Source: Phaeosaccion multiseriatum (Eukaryota > Protista > Ochrophyta, other classes). From it: DNA of 64,000 nt. Made by a program: the position numbers and the translations under genes. Positions 36,137-51,068 of the stretch are shown piece after piece. The DNA lies in NCBI GenBank assembly GCA_965112735.1, contig OZ218958.1:2232001-2296000 (forward strand), given 5' to 3'. The notes under the pieces are model-generated. The model saw only the letters and a program-made list of their open reading frames with translations. It was not told where the DNA came from and did no database searches. Numbering within the stretch: position 1 is the stretch's first letter; each line of letters starts with the position of its first letter.

Positions 36137-39100
36137 TGTGTGTGTGCTTGTGTGTGTCCGTGTTTGTGTCCGTGTGTGTGTGCTTGTGTGTGTCCGTGTG
36201 TGTGTCCGTGTGTGTCCGTGTGTGTGTCCGTGTGTGTATGTTTGTTTTTTTGTGTGTGTGTACATGGAATGTATGCTCACCTCGAGCCGGCTCGCTTCCA
36301 AGGCGCGTTCTCGGAGGGGTCCGATCTCTCCTTCAAGCGACTCAAGCTCCTTCACCTGAGAGGGGACACAAACACACACACACACACACACAGAGAGATA
36401 GAGGGAGAGAAGCGGCATCATTGACTGCCGTTCAGCGGCATCCTCTTTGCTTTCTTGGCTTGCTTTGCTGGCTGTATCACCAACTTTCCTGCTCTGCTTG
36501 CTTGGCTTTGCTTCCTGAATCACCAATTCTCTGGTCTGCACTGTGTGTATCACCAACTGCTTACCTTCTTCTTGAGGGAGTCCCTCTCCTTAACGGCGTT
36601 GTCGAGCTCTGCCAGAGTGTCGTCGAGCTGCTTCTGGACCTGTGTGTGCAGTAAGGAGGTCAAAGGGGTGGTTGGCACGCACAAACACCCACACACCCAC
36701 GCACACACGCACACACACGCACACACAGGCACACACACATATATGTATATACATACACGCGCTCGCACACACGTAAACACACATACGTACGCACCCCCCC
36801 CACACACACGCACATATGCACACACCTTGCCCAGACTCTTTTCCGCCGCCTTTGCGCTGAGTGCGCTTTTCTTCTCGGCCTCTTCCAGGGCTTTCTTTGC
36901 CTTCTTCTCCGCGGCCGCCACCTGTGACAAAAGGAGGTGGATTCCAATCAGCACAGCAGCAAGAGGCGGAGCCCTGAGCTCCTTGTCGCGTCCCGTCCAC
37001 ATGTCGCGCTCACGCACTCACTCACCCACTCACCCACCCACGCACCCACTCACCAACCCACCACCCACCCACCTGGCACCCACCCACCCACCCACCCACT
37101 TCTGTATCACCAACCCACTCACCATCTTCTCAGCCGAGACCTTGCCGCTGTCCCCTGCCCCTGCCTGTGCTGCTGCCTTGGCTTTGTCCTCGGCCTTTGC
37201 CAAGGCCGCCTCTGTCTTCTTGAGCTTGAGAGCGTCTTCCTTTGCCTTCTTCTCCAAGGCTTTTATCTTCTGCAAATCAGCTTTGCGCTGCTCCGCCCCT
37301 CCTCCTCCTCCTCCTCCTCCTCCCCCTCCTCCCCCTGCAGCAGTTGGTGATACAGCAGCAGCAGGTGCTGTAGAAGGACCGCTACGAGCTGCCCCTGCCC
37401 CTGCCCCTGCAACTGCCCCTGCTCCCCTGGCCTTAACCTGCTTCTGCAGCTCCGCCACTCGCCCCTCAAGCTCCTTAATCTTCTTACGCGACGCCGCCAA
37501 TGCGGCAGAGGCTGCGGCACTGCCCCCCGCCCCACCGCCTCCTCCTCCTCCTCCTCCTCCTCCTCCGCTAGCGGTGCCGCCGCTGTTGGCACTAATGGCC
37601 TTGGCAGTGGCCTCTGCCCTCTGCCGTCGGAGCTCGCTCAGCTGCTCCTCGTGCTTGGCCTTCATCTGCCCCATCTTCCGCTGCAGCTCCACCACACGTC
37701 TCTCGGCAGCCGCCAGACCACTACTTCCACCCCCTCCACGACCACCCCCTGCTGCTGATGTAGCAGACAGTGATACAGCAGAGGTGGAGGCGGCAACGGC
37801 CTTGGTGCTGTCTCTTCCGTCTCCCCCTCCACCTTCCTCTGCAGGAGTTGGTGATACGTCCGTCGCCGCAGCAGCGAATGTCCCTCCGCTCCTCCGCACC
37901 TTCTTCGCAAAGTCCAGCACTTGATCGAAGGCCTTGCGCAGAGGGATGGCGCCCTTGGCCGGCTCATTGGCCTTTGAGGCAGCGGTGGCGGCCTTCTGTA
38001 ACGCCACTTGAAGCTGTTCCTGCAAAGCGGAGTCTTCGGGGCTCCTAAGATCGTGGGCGTAAGTCATGGGGAGGGCAGAGGAGGAGTGGAGGATGGGAGG
38101 GAGGGAAGGAGGGAGGGAAAGAGGGAGGAAGGGAGGAAGAGAGGGAGGGAGGGAGGGAGGGAGGGAGGGAAAGAGGGAGGGAGGGAGGGAGGGAGGGAGG
38201 GAGGGAGGGAGGGAGGGAGGGAGGGAGGGAGGGAGGGAGGGAAAGAGGGAGGGAAGGAGGGAGGGAGGGAGGGAGGGGTTGAAGGGGGGGGGAGGGGAGG
38301 AGGAGGGGGATGAGCGGGTGTGTGGGTGGATAGGTGGGTAGATGGGTGGATGGGTGGGCAGATGGGTGGATGGGTGGAGGAGACCAAAGACGACAGACGG
38401 CACACGGCAGACAGGCACGGGCACAAGAGAGGGGATGGCAGTAGATGGGAGGGAAGGGCCTCCCCTCCCCTTCCCTTCCCTTCCCTCCCCTCTCTCTCCC
38501 TCCCCTTCCCCCCCCTTCCCTCCCCCTCCCTCCCTCCCTCCCTCCCTCCCCTCCCATGCTCTCCACTCACCCCTTTGGCGGGTGCAGTGCCCCCTCCATA
38601 ATAGCGAGTAACTCCCGTGCGCCCTCCTTGTAAGTTCCATAGCACTCCGCTCGCTTGCTGTCCTTCCACTGCTCCATGCCTTTCTTGATGCACGTCTTGA
38701 GCATCGCTTCCACCTGCCCATACACCTCTACACGCTCCCCTGCCGACAGACCCCCGCCCTCTCCACCTCCTTGCGCCTCCTCCTCCTTCTCCTCCTCTGT
38801 CTTCTTCTCCTCCCCCTCTTCCTCCCCCTTCTTCTCCCCCTTCTCCTCCCCCTTCTTCTCCCCCTGCTGTACTACCAACTGCTGCTGCTGCTGTAACGAC
38901 TCGGAGAGGGCAGCAACGAGCTCCTCCGCTAACGCCGCTCTCTCCTCCGCCATCTTCGCCTTTCTCACCGCCTCCTCCCTCCCCTCCTCCGCCTCCGCAA
39001 GGGCTGTTACAAGCTGCGCCTCCCGCTCCTGCCCCGCGCTGCCCTCCTCCTGCGCCTGAGACAGCAGCTCATTCAGCCGCTGCACTTCCACTGCCATCCC

Positions 39101-42100
39101 CTCCTCTCCCTCTTCTCCCTCTTCTCCCTCTCCCTGTCCCTCTCCCTGTCCCTCTCCCTGTCTCTCTCCCTCTCCTTCCTCTCCTCCCTCTCCTCCATTC
39201 TTCTCCTCCCCCTCGGCTCCTGGCCTCGCTGCTGTCCTAGAAGGCAAGCGTGATTGCAAATCCTCAAGTTGCTTGGTCAAGAGCCTTACTTGTTCCTCCG
39301 CCGCCCGCCGCCCCTGTACAGCCTCTTCCACATCAGCAGCACCAGTTGGTGATACAGCAGAGCCAGTTGCGGAAGCCTCCACGATGCCACCCTCTCCCTT
39401 CCTCTCTTGTTGCTGCCGTTGTATCACCAACTGCTGCTGCAGGCGGTCTACCTCCCCCTGCAGCTTCTTTACGCTTGCTCGGAGCTGCTCCGTTTCCATC
39501 GTCCCCTCCCCCACCACCGCCTTCGGAGCGCCTACCGCCTCTCCTCCTACCCCTGCTCCATGCAATGTCTGTGCCTGTGATTCGGTTTCCTTGAGCTGTG
39601 CCTGCTGTATCACCAACTGCTCCTGATCTTGCTCCACGCTCTCCTGCAGAGCCTTGACGGCGTGATGTTGCTGCTGAGAGGAGAGCACAAGCTGCCCAAT
39701 GGACCTCTCCAGATTCTTGTGACGGACATACCTGTGGAAGGAAGGAAGGAGGGAGGGAGGGAGGGAGAGAGGGAGGGAGGGAGGAGAGGACGGGAGGGAG
39801 GAGAAGAGGGGAGGGGGGAGAGGACAGGAGGGGTTTAGGTGAGGGTGAGGGGGCTGAGGCTGAGGGGTGACATCACTGCACGGGCACGCTTAGTTCGAAG
39901 ACTCGCCCATCCACTGCCATCTCACTGCCCCACTCACTGCCCCACTCACTGGTCCTTGATGGCCGCCTTGTCCTGCGACTCTGCGGGTTTTCCGTTCTCC
40001 TCCTCGAACTTCTTCAGCCACTCCTTGATCTGTCCCTTGACAACCTTCCTCTCTCTTGTGGCTTGCTCCAAGCTCTCCTTCGCCTCTGCCGCTTTGCTCC
40101 GTACCTCCTCCAGCTGCTGCTGCTGCATCACCAACTTCTCCTCCTGCTGCTGTATCACCAACTGCTGCTGCTGCTGTGCCTCCAGCAGCGCCGCACGAGC
40201 CGCCTCTACCTCGGCCGTATCACCAACTGTTGCTGTACCACCAACTGCTGTACCACCAACTGCTGTACCACCGACTGCTCCTGTATCACCAACCTCTCCT
40301 TCTCTGCCGTCCCGTAGGCCGCTGATAGCCGTCTGCAGAGCCCTGTTTTCCTCCTCGAGTTCGTCCCTCCTCGTCTGAAGCATCTTGTTCTCCTCCGTGA
40401 GTTTGTCCCGAGCCGCTATCGCCTCCTCCACATCCCTCTGCGCGGTTCGCTCGGCTTGCTTCTCCTTCCCCGCCCCCTCTTCCTTCCCCCCCTTCTCCTC
40501 CCCACCCTCCCCACCCTCCCGCCCCTCCTGAGCCCCGGCTTTCAAGGCCTGCTGCTGTATCACCAACTGCTCCTCCTGCTGCTGCATCAGCAACTGCTTC
40601 TCCGCCTCGGCCGCAAGTAGGAGCCGCTTAGCCTCCTCCACCTCCTTCCTCATCCCATCCAGCTCTGCCCGCTGCCCCTCCTCTCTCTCCAACGCTTCTC
40701 GCAGCTGCTCCTGAGTCTTGTCAAGGTCCTCCTGTGCTTGTCCGAGCTCTTGCTTGCCGCCCTCTAGGTGCTTGGCTGCGCTCTGTCTCCTCCTGCTGCT
40801 CTCCTCCTGCCCCTGCTTGAGCTCTTTGTTTTGCTGCATGAGCTCCTTGGCTTTGTCTTTGAGCTTGGTCAGGGCGGCCTGAGTGAGAGAGGGGCGAGGG
40901 GTAGGGAACGGAGGGGAGAGAGGGGAGGGAGTAGAGGGAGGGGAGAGAGGGGAGGGAGGGGAGGGAGAAGATAGAGGGGAGAGAAGAGGGGGCGGGAAGG
41001 GAGGGGAGGTGCTTCAGCAGTTGGTGGTACAACAGCAGCAGTTGGTGATACGGCAGCAGCAGTTGGTGATACAGCACACACACCTTGTAGTCGTCGACTC
41101 TCTTGCTCCTCTCCTTGAGCTTCCGCCCCATCCTCACCCCCTCCAGGCACAGCGCGAAGCGGTCCTCGTGCTGCCACATGGCCTTAGCCTCAAGGGTAGA
41201 GAGGCGGCCCTGTGAGTGGAGCAGTTGGTGCTTCGCTGCGTCCATCTGTGACCCGAGCTCTGCCTGCAGGGCCTGTGACCGCTTCTCCTGCTCAGCCTGT
41301 TCCTCCTCCTGCTTCTTCTCCAGCTCAGCCAGCTTCTCTGCCAGCTGCTCAGCCTGCTCTTGCTCCCTCTTCCTTGATCGCTCCTCCTCCTCCTCCAGCC
41401 GGGCCTCCGCTGCTCTCTGCTGGGAAGTGCTCTGCGAGACGGGAGATGAGGCGGCAGAGTCAGAGACTCACAATCAGGGCTCCTCTACGGGCTGGCTTTT
41501 GCAGAGTCAGTCAGTCAGCCAGTCAGTCAGTCAGTCAGTCAGTCAGTCAGTCAGTCAGTCAGTCAGTCAGTCAGTCAGTCAGTCAGTCAGTCAGTCAGTC
41601 AGTAGTCAGTCAGTCAGTAGTTAGTCAGTCAGTAGTCAGTCAATCAGTCAGTCAGTCAGTCAGTCAGTCAGTCAGTCAGTCAGTCAGTCAGTCAGTCAGT
41701 CAGTCAGTCAGTCAGTCAGTCAGTCAGTCAGTCAGTCAGTCAGTCAGTCAGTCAGTCAGTCAGTCAGTCAGTCAGTCAGTCAGTCAGTCAGTCAGTCAGT
41801 CAGTCAGTCAGTCAGTCAGTCAGCCACTCAGTCATTAAGTCAGACAGTCAGACAGTCAGTCATTCCACTTCCACCCCCCCCCCCATCCACTGCCATCCCA
41901 TCCCATCCCCACCTGCACTCTGGTTTGGACAGCCTCTAAGATGCGGTCCAGCGCCGCCCCCACGGCCTCCCCTGTGGTCTCCTTACGGGCCTCACTGAGC
42001 TCGACCTGCAGCAGTCGCTGCTCTTCGTCCTAGGGGGGGGGGGGGAGCGTTGGATGGGGAGGAGGGGAGGGGAGGAGAGGGGGGGGGGGGAGGGTGTGGG

Positions 42101-43887
42101 TAAGGGGAGGTGAGCGGAGGAGAGGAACTAGGCAGGTACGTAAACAGCCTGACAGCGTGTTGTCGTCTCGTTGCTGTGCCTAGTCTTACTTACTTACCTT
42201 AGCATGCAGTTGTCGCTGCTCTTCCTCTTTCCTCTCCTTTCGCTCCTTTTCGATGGCTTCCTGCTGCTTCCTCCTGCTCCTCTCTCTCCCCTCGGCCTCG
42301 CCTCGGCCCTCCACGCCTGCCACAACCATAAGGAGGCAACTCCTGCACTCCTCTCTGTCCTCCTCGTCCCTCCTCCACTGCTGCACTTGCTGCTGCTGCC
42401 TTGCTTGCTCGGCTTCATGAGCTGCCATCTGAGCCGAGTGCTCTTCCTGGAGACGGGCCTTTACGTGGACAGAGGTGTGGCACATGCGTCCACAGGGGGG
42501 GGCGGAGAGGAGGGTGGGGAGGGATGGATGAGGACAGAGGTGTGGCACATGCGTCCACAGGGGGAGGCGGAGAGGAGGGTGGGGAGGGATGGATGAGGAC
42601 AGAGGTGTGGCACATGCGTCCACAGGGGGGGGCGGAGAGGAGGGTGGGGAGGGATGGATGAGCCGATAGAGACGCTCCTTGCCTGCCGGAGCACTCTTCT
42701 CCCTCTCTCCCTGCCTCTCCCTCTCCCTCTGTCCATCTCTCTCGCTCTCCCTCTCTCTTCATCTCCCTCTCAATACCCATCTCTCTCCCCCTCTCCCTCT
42801 CCCCTCTCCCCTCTTCCATCCCCTCCCTCTCCTCCCTCCCCTCCCCTCCCACCCCCCCCCCCCTCCTATCCCCTCCCTCCACCCACCCACTCACCTGCAC
42901 GGCCTCCTGCTCCTTGAGCATAGTCCGGTATTTGTCATTCAGGATAGAGATGCGATCCCTCAGTCCCTCCACCACCTCCTCCTGCTTCTTCTCTGCCTCC
43001 TGCTGTATCACCAACTGCCGGGCCATCATGCGCTTGTGATAGGAGATGGTCTGCCAACCTTTTCCCTTCAGCTCCTTGATAAAGTCGACATAATAGGAGT
43101 CTGTCTGCTTCTGAATGATGTTGTACTTGCTGTCCAGGAGTTTGATGATCTCCGAGTGGCGGGCCTTCATGCCTTTCATGTCACCCTCTGCCTGCTTGAG
43201 CTTCAGCACGGCAAGGTCCAGCGGCACGTAGGACTTTTGGTGCTGCAGCTCCAACTTGTGCAGCAGATCCACCACCTGGTCCTCTCGCTGTGTAGCGACA
43301 CTGAGTTGCTTTCCCAGGCCCACACCAACGGATGTGGACCCCCCCGCGAGAGTAGGCACCGCGAAGCTTGTCTTCTTCCTGGTCTTGGTCTTGATCGCTT
43401 TCTCTTCTCCCCCACTACTACCTCTCCGCCCGAGTGCCCCGCCCCCCCCCCTCTCAGAGGATGCTTTACCGAAGCGATTACTGGCATTGAGGGCGTTGTG
43501 CACTTCGAGCTCGGTCAGAGAGCCTCGTCGGGGTCCTTTACGCGCCGTGATCATCATCACCGCATCGTTCACGGCGTCGGACCTCACACCGGCATCACTG
43601 GGACTGGCAGCCCCTGGGGACGCCAGACGAGGAATATGGGGTTTGACCTTGGGCTTGCGAGGCGGAGTGGTCGGAATAGCAGCCGAAGGAATATCCTTCT
43701 CGCCGCTCTCAGACTGAGATGGACTGTCTGGAGGGGTGTGGGTTGTGGGAGACTGGGGCGCTCCTAAACTATCCTCCTGCCCCCCTTCCTCTCGGCGACT
43801 CTCCCTCGTCTCGAGCAGGCCCACCATAGCCTCGGCATTGTTGTCTCCCTCGCTGCCGCTACTGCTCTCCATGTGCGGCCTTTTCAT
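32351..43887 (-). CDS. KCBP: Kinesin-14, KCBP-like: long coiled coil, C-terminal motor and calmodulin-binding helix; about 21 exons
   Basis: [17 protein letters not shown]|[16 protein letters not shown]|[77 protein letters not shown]|TLMFVNLSP. Last exon [29 protein letters not shown] resembles the KCBP CaM-binding helix plus acidic tail. Confidence 0.88.
34465..34700. repeat. Degenerate ~60-bp intronic tandem repeat (about 4 units) copying an exon end/5' splice site and the TATCACCAA motif
   Basis: Units of the form ctctac..tatcaccaactgct...cttgactcac..gacttctgcc recur at ~34480, 34530, 34586 and 34651. Confidence 0.7.
41505..41862. repeat. Intronic (AGTC)n microsatellite
   Basis: Long tetranucleotide run; similar runs at 21890-21922 and 34140-34345. 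Confidence 0.95.
42467..42662. repeat. Intronic 64-bp minisatellite, 3 units
   Basis: ggacagaggtgtggcacatgcgtccacagggg...ggagaggagggtggggagggatggatga repeated three times. Confidence 0.9.
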
Positions 43888-44206
43888 TTGAGGAAGTACA
43901 ATGTAACTGTGAGCGTGTCAAAAATCCCGTCTAGTGCCATCGACGCGCCCCTTGGGATCCCATCCAGTGCCATCGACCGGTCGCTCTCGGCGGGTGGGAT
44001 CTCATCACAGAGAAAACAGCTTACACACGCCACTACAGGGGCCGTACAGCAGCTGAAGAAGAAACAAACAACCCCACCTTCCCTCCTCTTCGTCGCGAGC
44101 GGCAGCTGGGCACGGCGTATATCGGTACCCTCCTCTGGCGCTGGGATCACCTCTCTCCTCTTGCCTCTCGACCGATTTTGTTTTGTCGAGCACTGTTGCC
44201 GACTAG

Positions 44207-47782
<3,576 letters not shown>

Positions 47783-48133
47783 GACCACGAACCGACCCAC
47801 TGAGATCAGAGGGGGGCAGGCTGCTGTTGCTGCTGTAGGAAGGAGGAGGGCGGCTTGGTTTTTTTCCTTCTCCCTTTGAGTAGCGGTCAGTGGTCTAATG
47901 AATTGATTGGTTTGACATGCCCATTCTCTGGAGGAGCTCCTCCTCCTGCTCCTGCTGCTGCTCCTGCTGCTGTTCTTCTGCTGCTGCTGTGATAGCTTAA
48001 GCTTTGGCCAACCTCACCTCCAAGCACTGGCAAAGCTCTCTACCTACCGCCCTCCTCTCCCAAATGCGAAGACACGACCTCCCCGACATCTTGTGTTCGG
48101 GGTTAGTATGTATGTATGGTTGAGCATGCTATC

Positions 48134-48424
48134 GAGTTGGTTCCTCAAAACACAAATGGCGACTGGTCTGATCGGATTGACAGTGGCGCTCCAGCGGGCC
48201 CGGCACGAACGATCGATTCGCCACAGAATCCTGGCTGGTATCAACTTCGTTCCGATGGGGCGGACTGACGAGTCGGAGAGATACGATTTAAACCCCTCCC
48301 CCCCTTGCTGCTCAATCTGAAGGAGATGGAGATGGTGTGTGTTGTATGATTTTTGAGTGCCAGGGAGCGCTGCCTTGGCTAGGAGTTGGTTCCTCAAAAC
48401 ACAAATGGCGACTCTGGTGTGCTT
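48134..48424 (+). mobile_element. Two fragments homologous to cassette 1 of the 51069-51722 element
   Basis: gagttggttcctcaaaacacaaatggcgact occurs at ~48134, ~48383 and ~51179; 48183-48286 aligns with 51299-51406. Confidence 0.7.
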
Positions 48425-48503
48425 CACGGATCCTTCACGCTGGGCTGCTGTTGTCCTTACGACAGACACTCTTGGATAGGGGAAGGGAGCGCTCTCGAGG
48501 AAG

Positions 48504-50586
48504 ATGAGCGCGAAGCGGCGGGAGAGGATTGCCGGGAAGGTGCAGGAGTGGTATGACAAGAGAGCTGAGCTGGAGGCTTCGGGCTGGGGAAGCAGCAAGG
48601 AGGACCTCCTGCTCTTGCTCAAGGCCGTTCTCTGTACCGTCGATGTGGAAGAGCTGAAACAGAAGGGGTATGGTCCGCTGCACTACCTCGCCGATGCTGA
48701 GAAGAGGAAGGAGACACGCTGCTCGGAGGTGAAGGGACCGAGAATGCTGGAGGATGTGAAGCTGCTGGAGGAGTGCGGACTAAGCGTTGACACCAGGCGA
48801 GATGGGGGTTCCTGGACGGCTCTGTACCAAGCTGCACAGAGGGGGCACTTTGACTTGGTGAAGGGGCTAGTGGAGGCAGGTGCGGATGTCAACCTCAAGG
48901 ATCATGGTGGAACAACACCTCTGCGCCTTGCTGCTCACACTGGCCACCCCATGATAGTGTGGTACTTGCTTAAGCATGGAGCCAAATGGGAGGGGAGCTA
49001 TGCCTTGCACAGTGCGGCTTGGAATGGCCGCCCTTCGAGTGTGAAGATGTTGCTGAAGGCAGGGGCCAATGTGGTCGAGAAGAATCAGTATGGGTATACG
49101 GCTGCCCAGCTGTGCTGCAGAGGGAAGGAGGGGGAGGGCTCAAAAGCAGGGCGGGCCGAGGCTCTGTCGATCTTGCTCAAGAAGGGCGCAGATGTGAAGG
49201 TGAAGGACAGAGATGGCAACACTCTCCTGCACCTCGCCGCGTACTTCGGAAACGAGCAGTGTATCCCCATTCTTGTGGGCAGAGGGCTGCAGGTCGATGC
49301 AGTGGGCAACGATTTGGCCACGCCGCTCCACTGTGCCTCTCAGAGGGGACAACTGGGATGTGTGAAGGAGCTCATTCGCCGCGGTGCCCCCCTTGATGCT
49401 GTCACTGCACGTGGTAGCACTTCCCTCATGTATGCTGTCGTCAGAGGCCACGTGAAGGTTGTGAGCGAGCTGATACGCGCCGGTGCCTCTGTTGGTGTCA
49501 AGTGCAAGTACTCGATCACCGCACTGCATTTCGTGGCCGCCCTGGGCAGCATCAAGATGGCCTATCTCCTGGTGCAGGGTGGAGCGGCTGTCGATGCCCT
49601 CACCGACGATGGTGAAAGTCCTTTGGTATCGTGCATGCGCCCTGGAGAAGGGAAGATAGCTCAGAATTTGAAGTATTGTCACACATCACCAGGAGAAAAG
49701 GAGGCGCGCGAGAAGGTGGCTCGATTCCTGCTGAAGATGGGCGCTGCCGTTGACGAGAAGGTGATGAAAGCGGCAGGGGAGGCAGGCTTCAGTGGTGTCA
49801 TTACGTCTTTCTTCAGGAAGGAACGGGAGCGGCGCAACGCTGCCACAGACAGACTTCACACTGTTTCTACCCACTATCTCTCCACGATGAGCGGTGCTGA
49901 GGATGAGAAGGCTGACAGCACAGTGCGGGTTAGGCTGGTGAATACGCGCAGTGGAGAGAAGGACGAGAAGCAGTATGTCTTGAGCATCCCTCTGATGGAG
50001 CGGCTGGCGGCGAGGGTCAGTGGGGGAGAGGACGAGAGGGCGAAGATCTCCACAGACCAAGCCTCAGCTGTAGGTATTCTTCCGAATATGCTTGACCCGA
50101 GGAAGCACGGCTACAAGGGGGATGATGAAGATGATGATGGGGAGGAGAAGGTGGCAGGGAAGGGCAGGAAGGAGATGAAGCGTGTAGAGCTGAAGTATGA
50201 TGGCGTGGACTTCACCGAGGAGGGCTTTGAGGCTGTGGTGCAGTTCGTGACGACGGGCGGTGTGGAGGAGCTGCTGACGAGAAGGCCGCGAGAGGGAGGT
50301 ACAGAGGGGGGCGCCAGCAGCAACAGCAGCAGCAACAGCAGGCGAGGAGGAGGACGGGGGGGAGGTGAAGGCACTGGCCGGAGCGGCAAGAAGAGGAAGC
50401 GTGTGAAGCTGTTCGACGACGTTCGAGCGAAGCAGGCTCTGCAGGCCGCGGAGTTCTTCTGCTTGGAGGGCATGTCGAGGGAGGTGAAGACACTGTGGAG
50501 AGTACGGCTTCGAGCTGGAGCAGAACGAGACTGAGAAGGAGGAGGATGAAGGGCCATCGCGGAAGAGAAGCAGGGCTGACCCCTGA
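48504..50586 (+). CDS. Ankyrin-BTB paralogue B, intronless; a 2-nt deletion near 50496 shifts the last ~30 codons (stop 50534 instead of 50586)
   Basis: Colinear with paralogues A and C; acactg-tgga-gagtac versus acactg-atggga-gagtac in A. Confidence 0.85.
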
Positions 50587-51068
50587 GCACCACCACGCAG
50601 GACTTCAGCAGCTGCATGCATGAGTGAGCTCGCCTCGGTGGTGGGTGGAGGGAGAGGTAGAGTGAGCATCAAAGGCATGCGAGGAGACGAGAGATGCGTG
50701 GGGTGCGTAACGGTGTGCGGTGTGTGCGGTGTGCACCTTGGCGTCAGCGACGTATGCGTTAAGAGGGCCGTGGTGAGGAGCGCCACTTTCCACCACCCCT
50801 CGTCCGAACAAGTGTGAGAAGAGGCGTGCTCTTGATTGGGTCCCATTGATTGGGAGTACGATGTGGATCATGGATCACAACCATACCCGTCTCTGTGAAT
50901 AATCGAGTAATAGCAATATGAGCGACAAGGGGGGGGGTTAAACGCGAAGGAGATGGAGATGGTGTGTGTGCTGCGCATGAACAGCGGTTTCATGGCGTAC
51001 ATGAGGACAGAGTATCAGGTGGGGGATCATGAGTGGAAGGCGAAGGTGTGGTTATATGATATATTACA

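Noticed and set aside
36455-37924. 489-aa plus-strand ORF and similar long shadow ORFs (e.g. 42679-43767, 54497-55471, 12398-13213)
   Set aside because: They are antisense shadows of real GC-rich exons or read-through of microsatellites with low-complexity translations.
48150-48165. YY1-like promoter motif CAAATGGCG upstream of the ankyrin-BTB genes
   Set aside because: It lies within the repeated cassette-1 coding relic (TQMA) and is absent upstream of paralogue A, so a regulatory role is unsupported.
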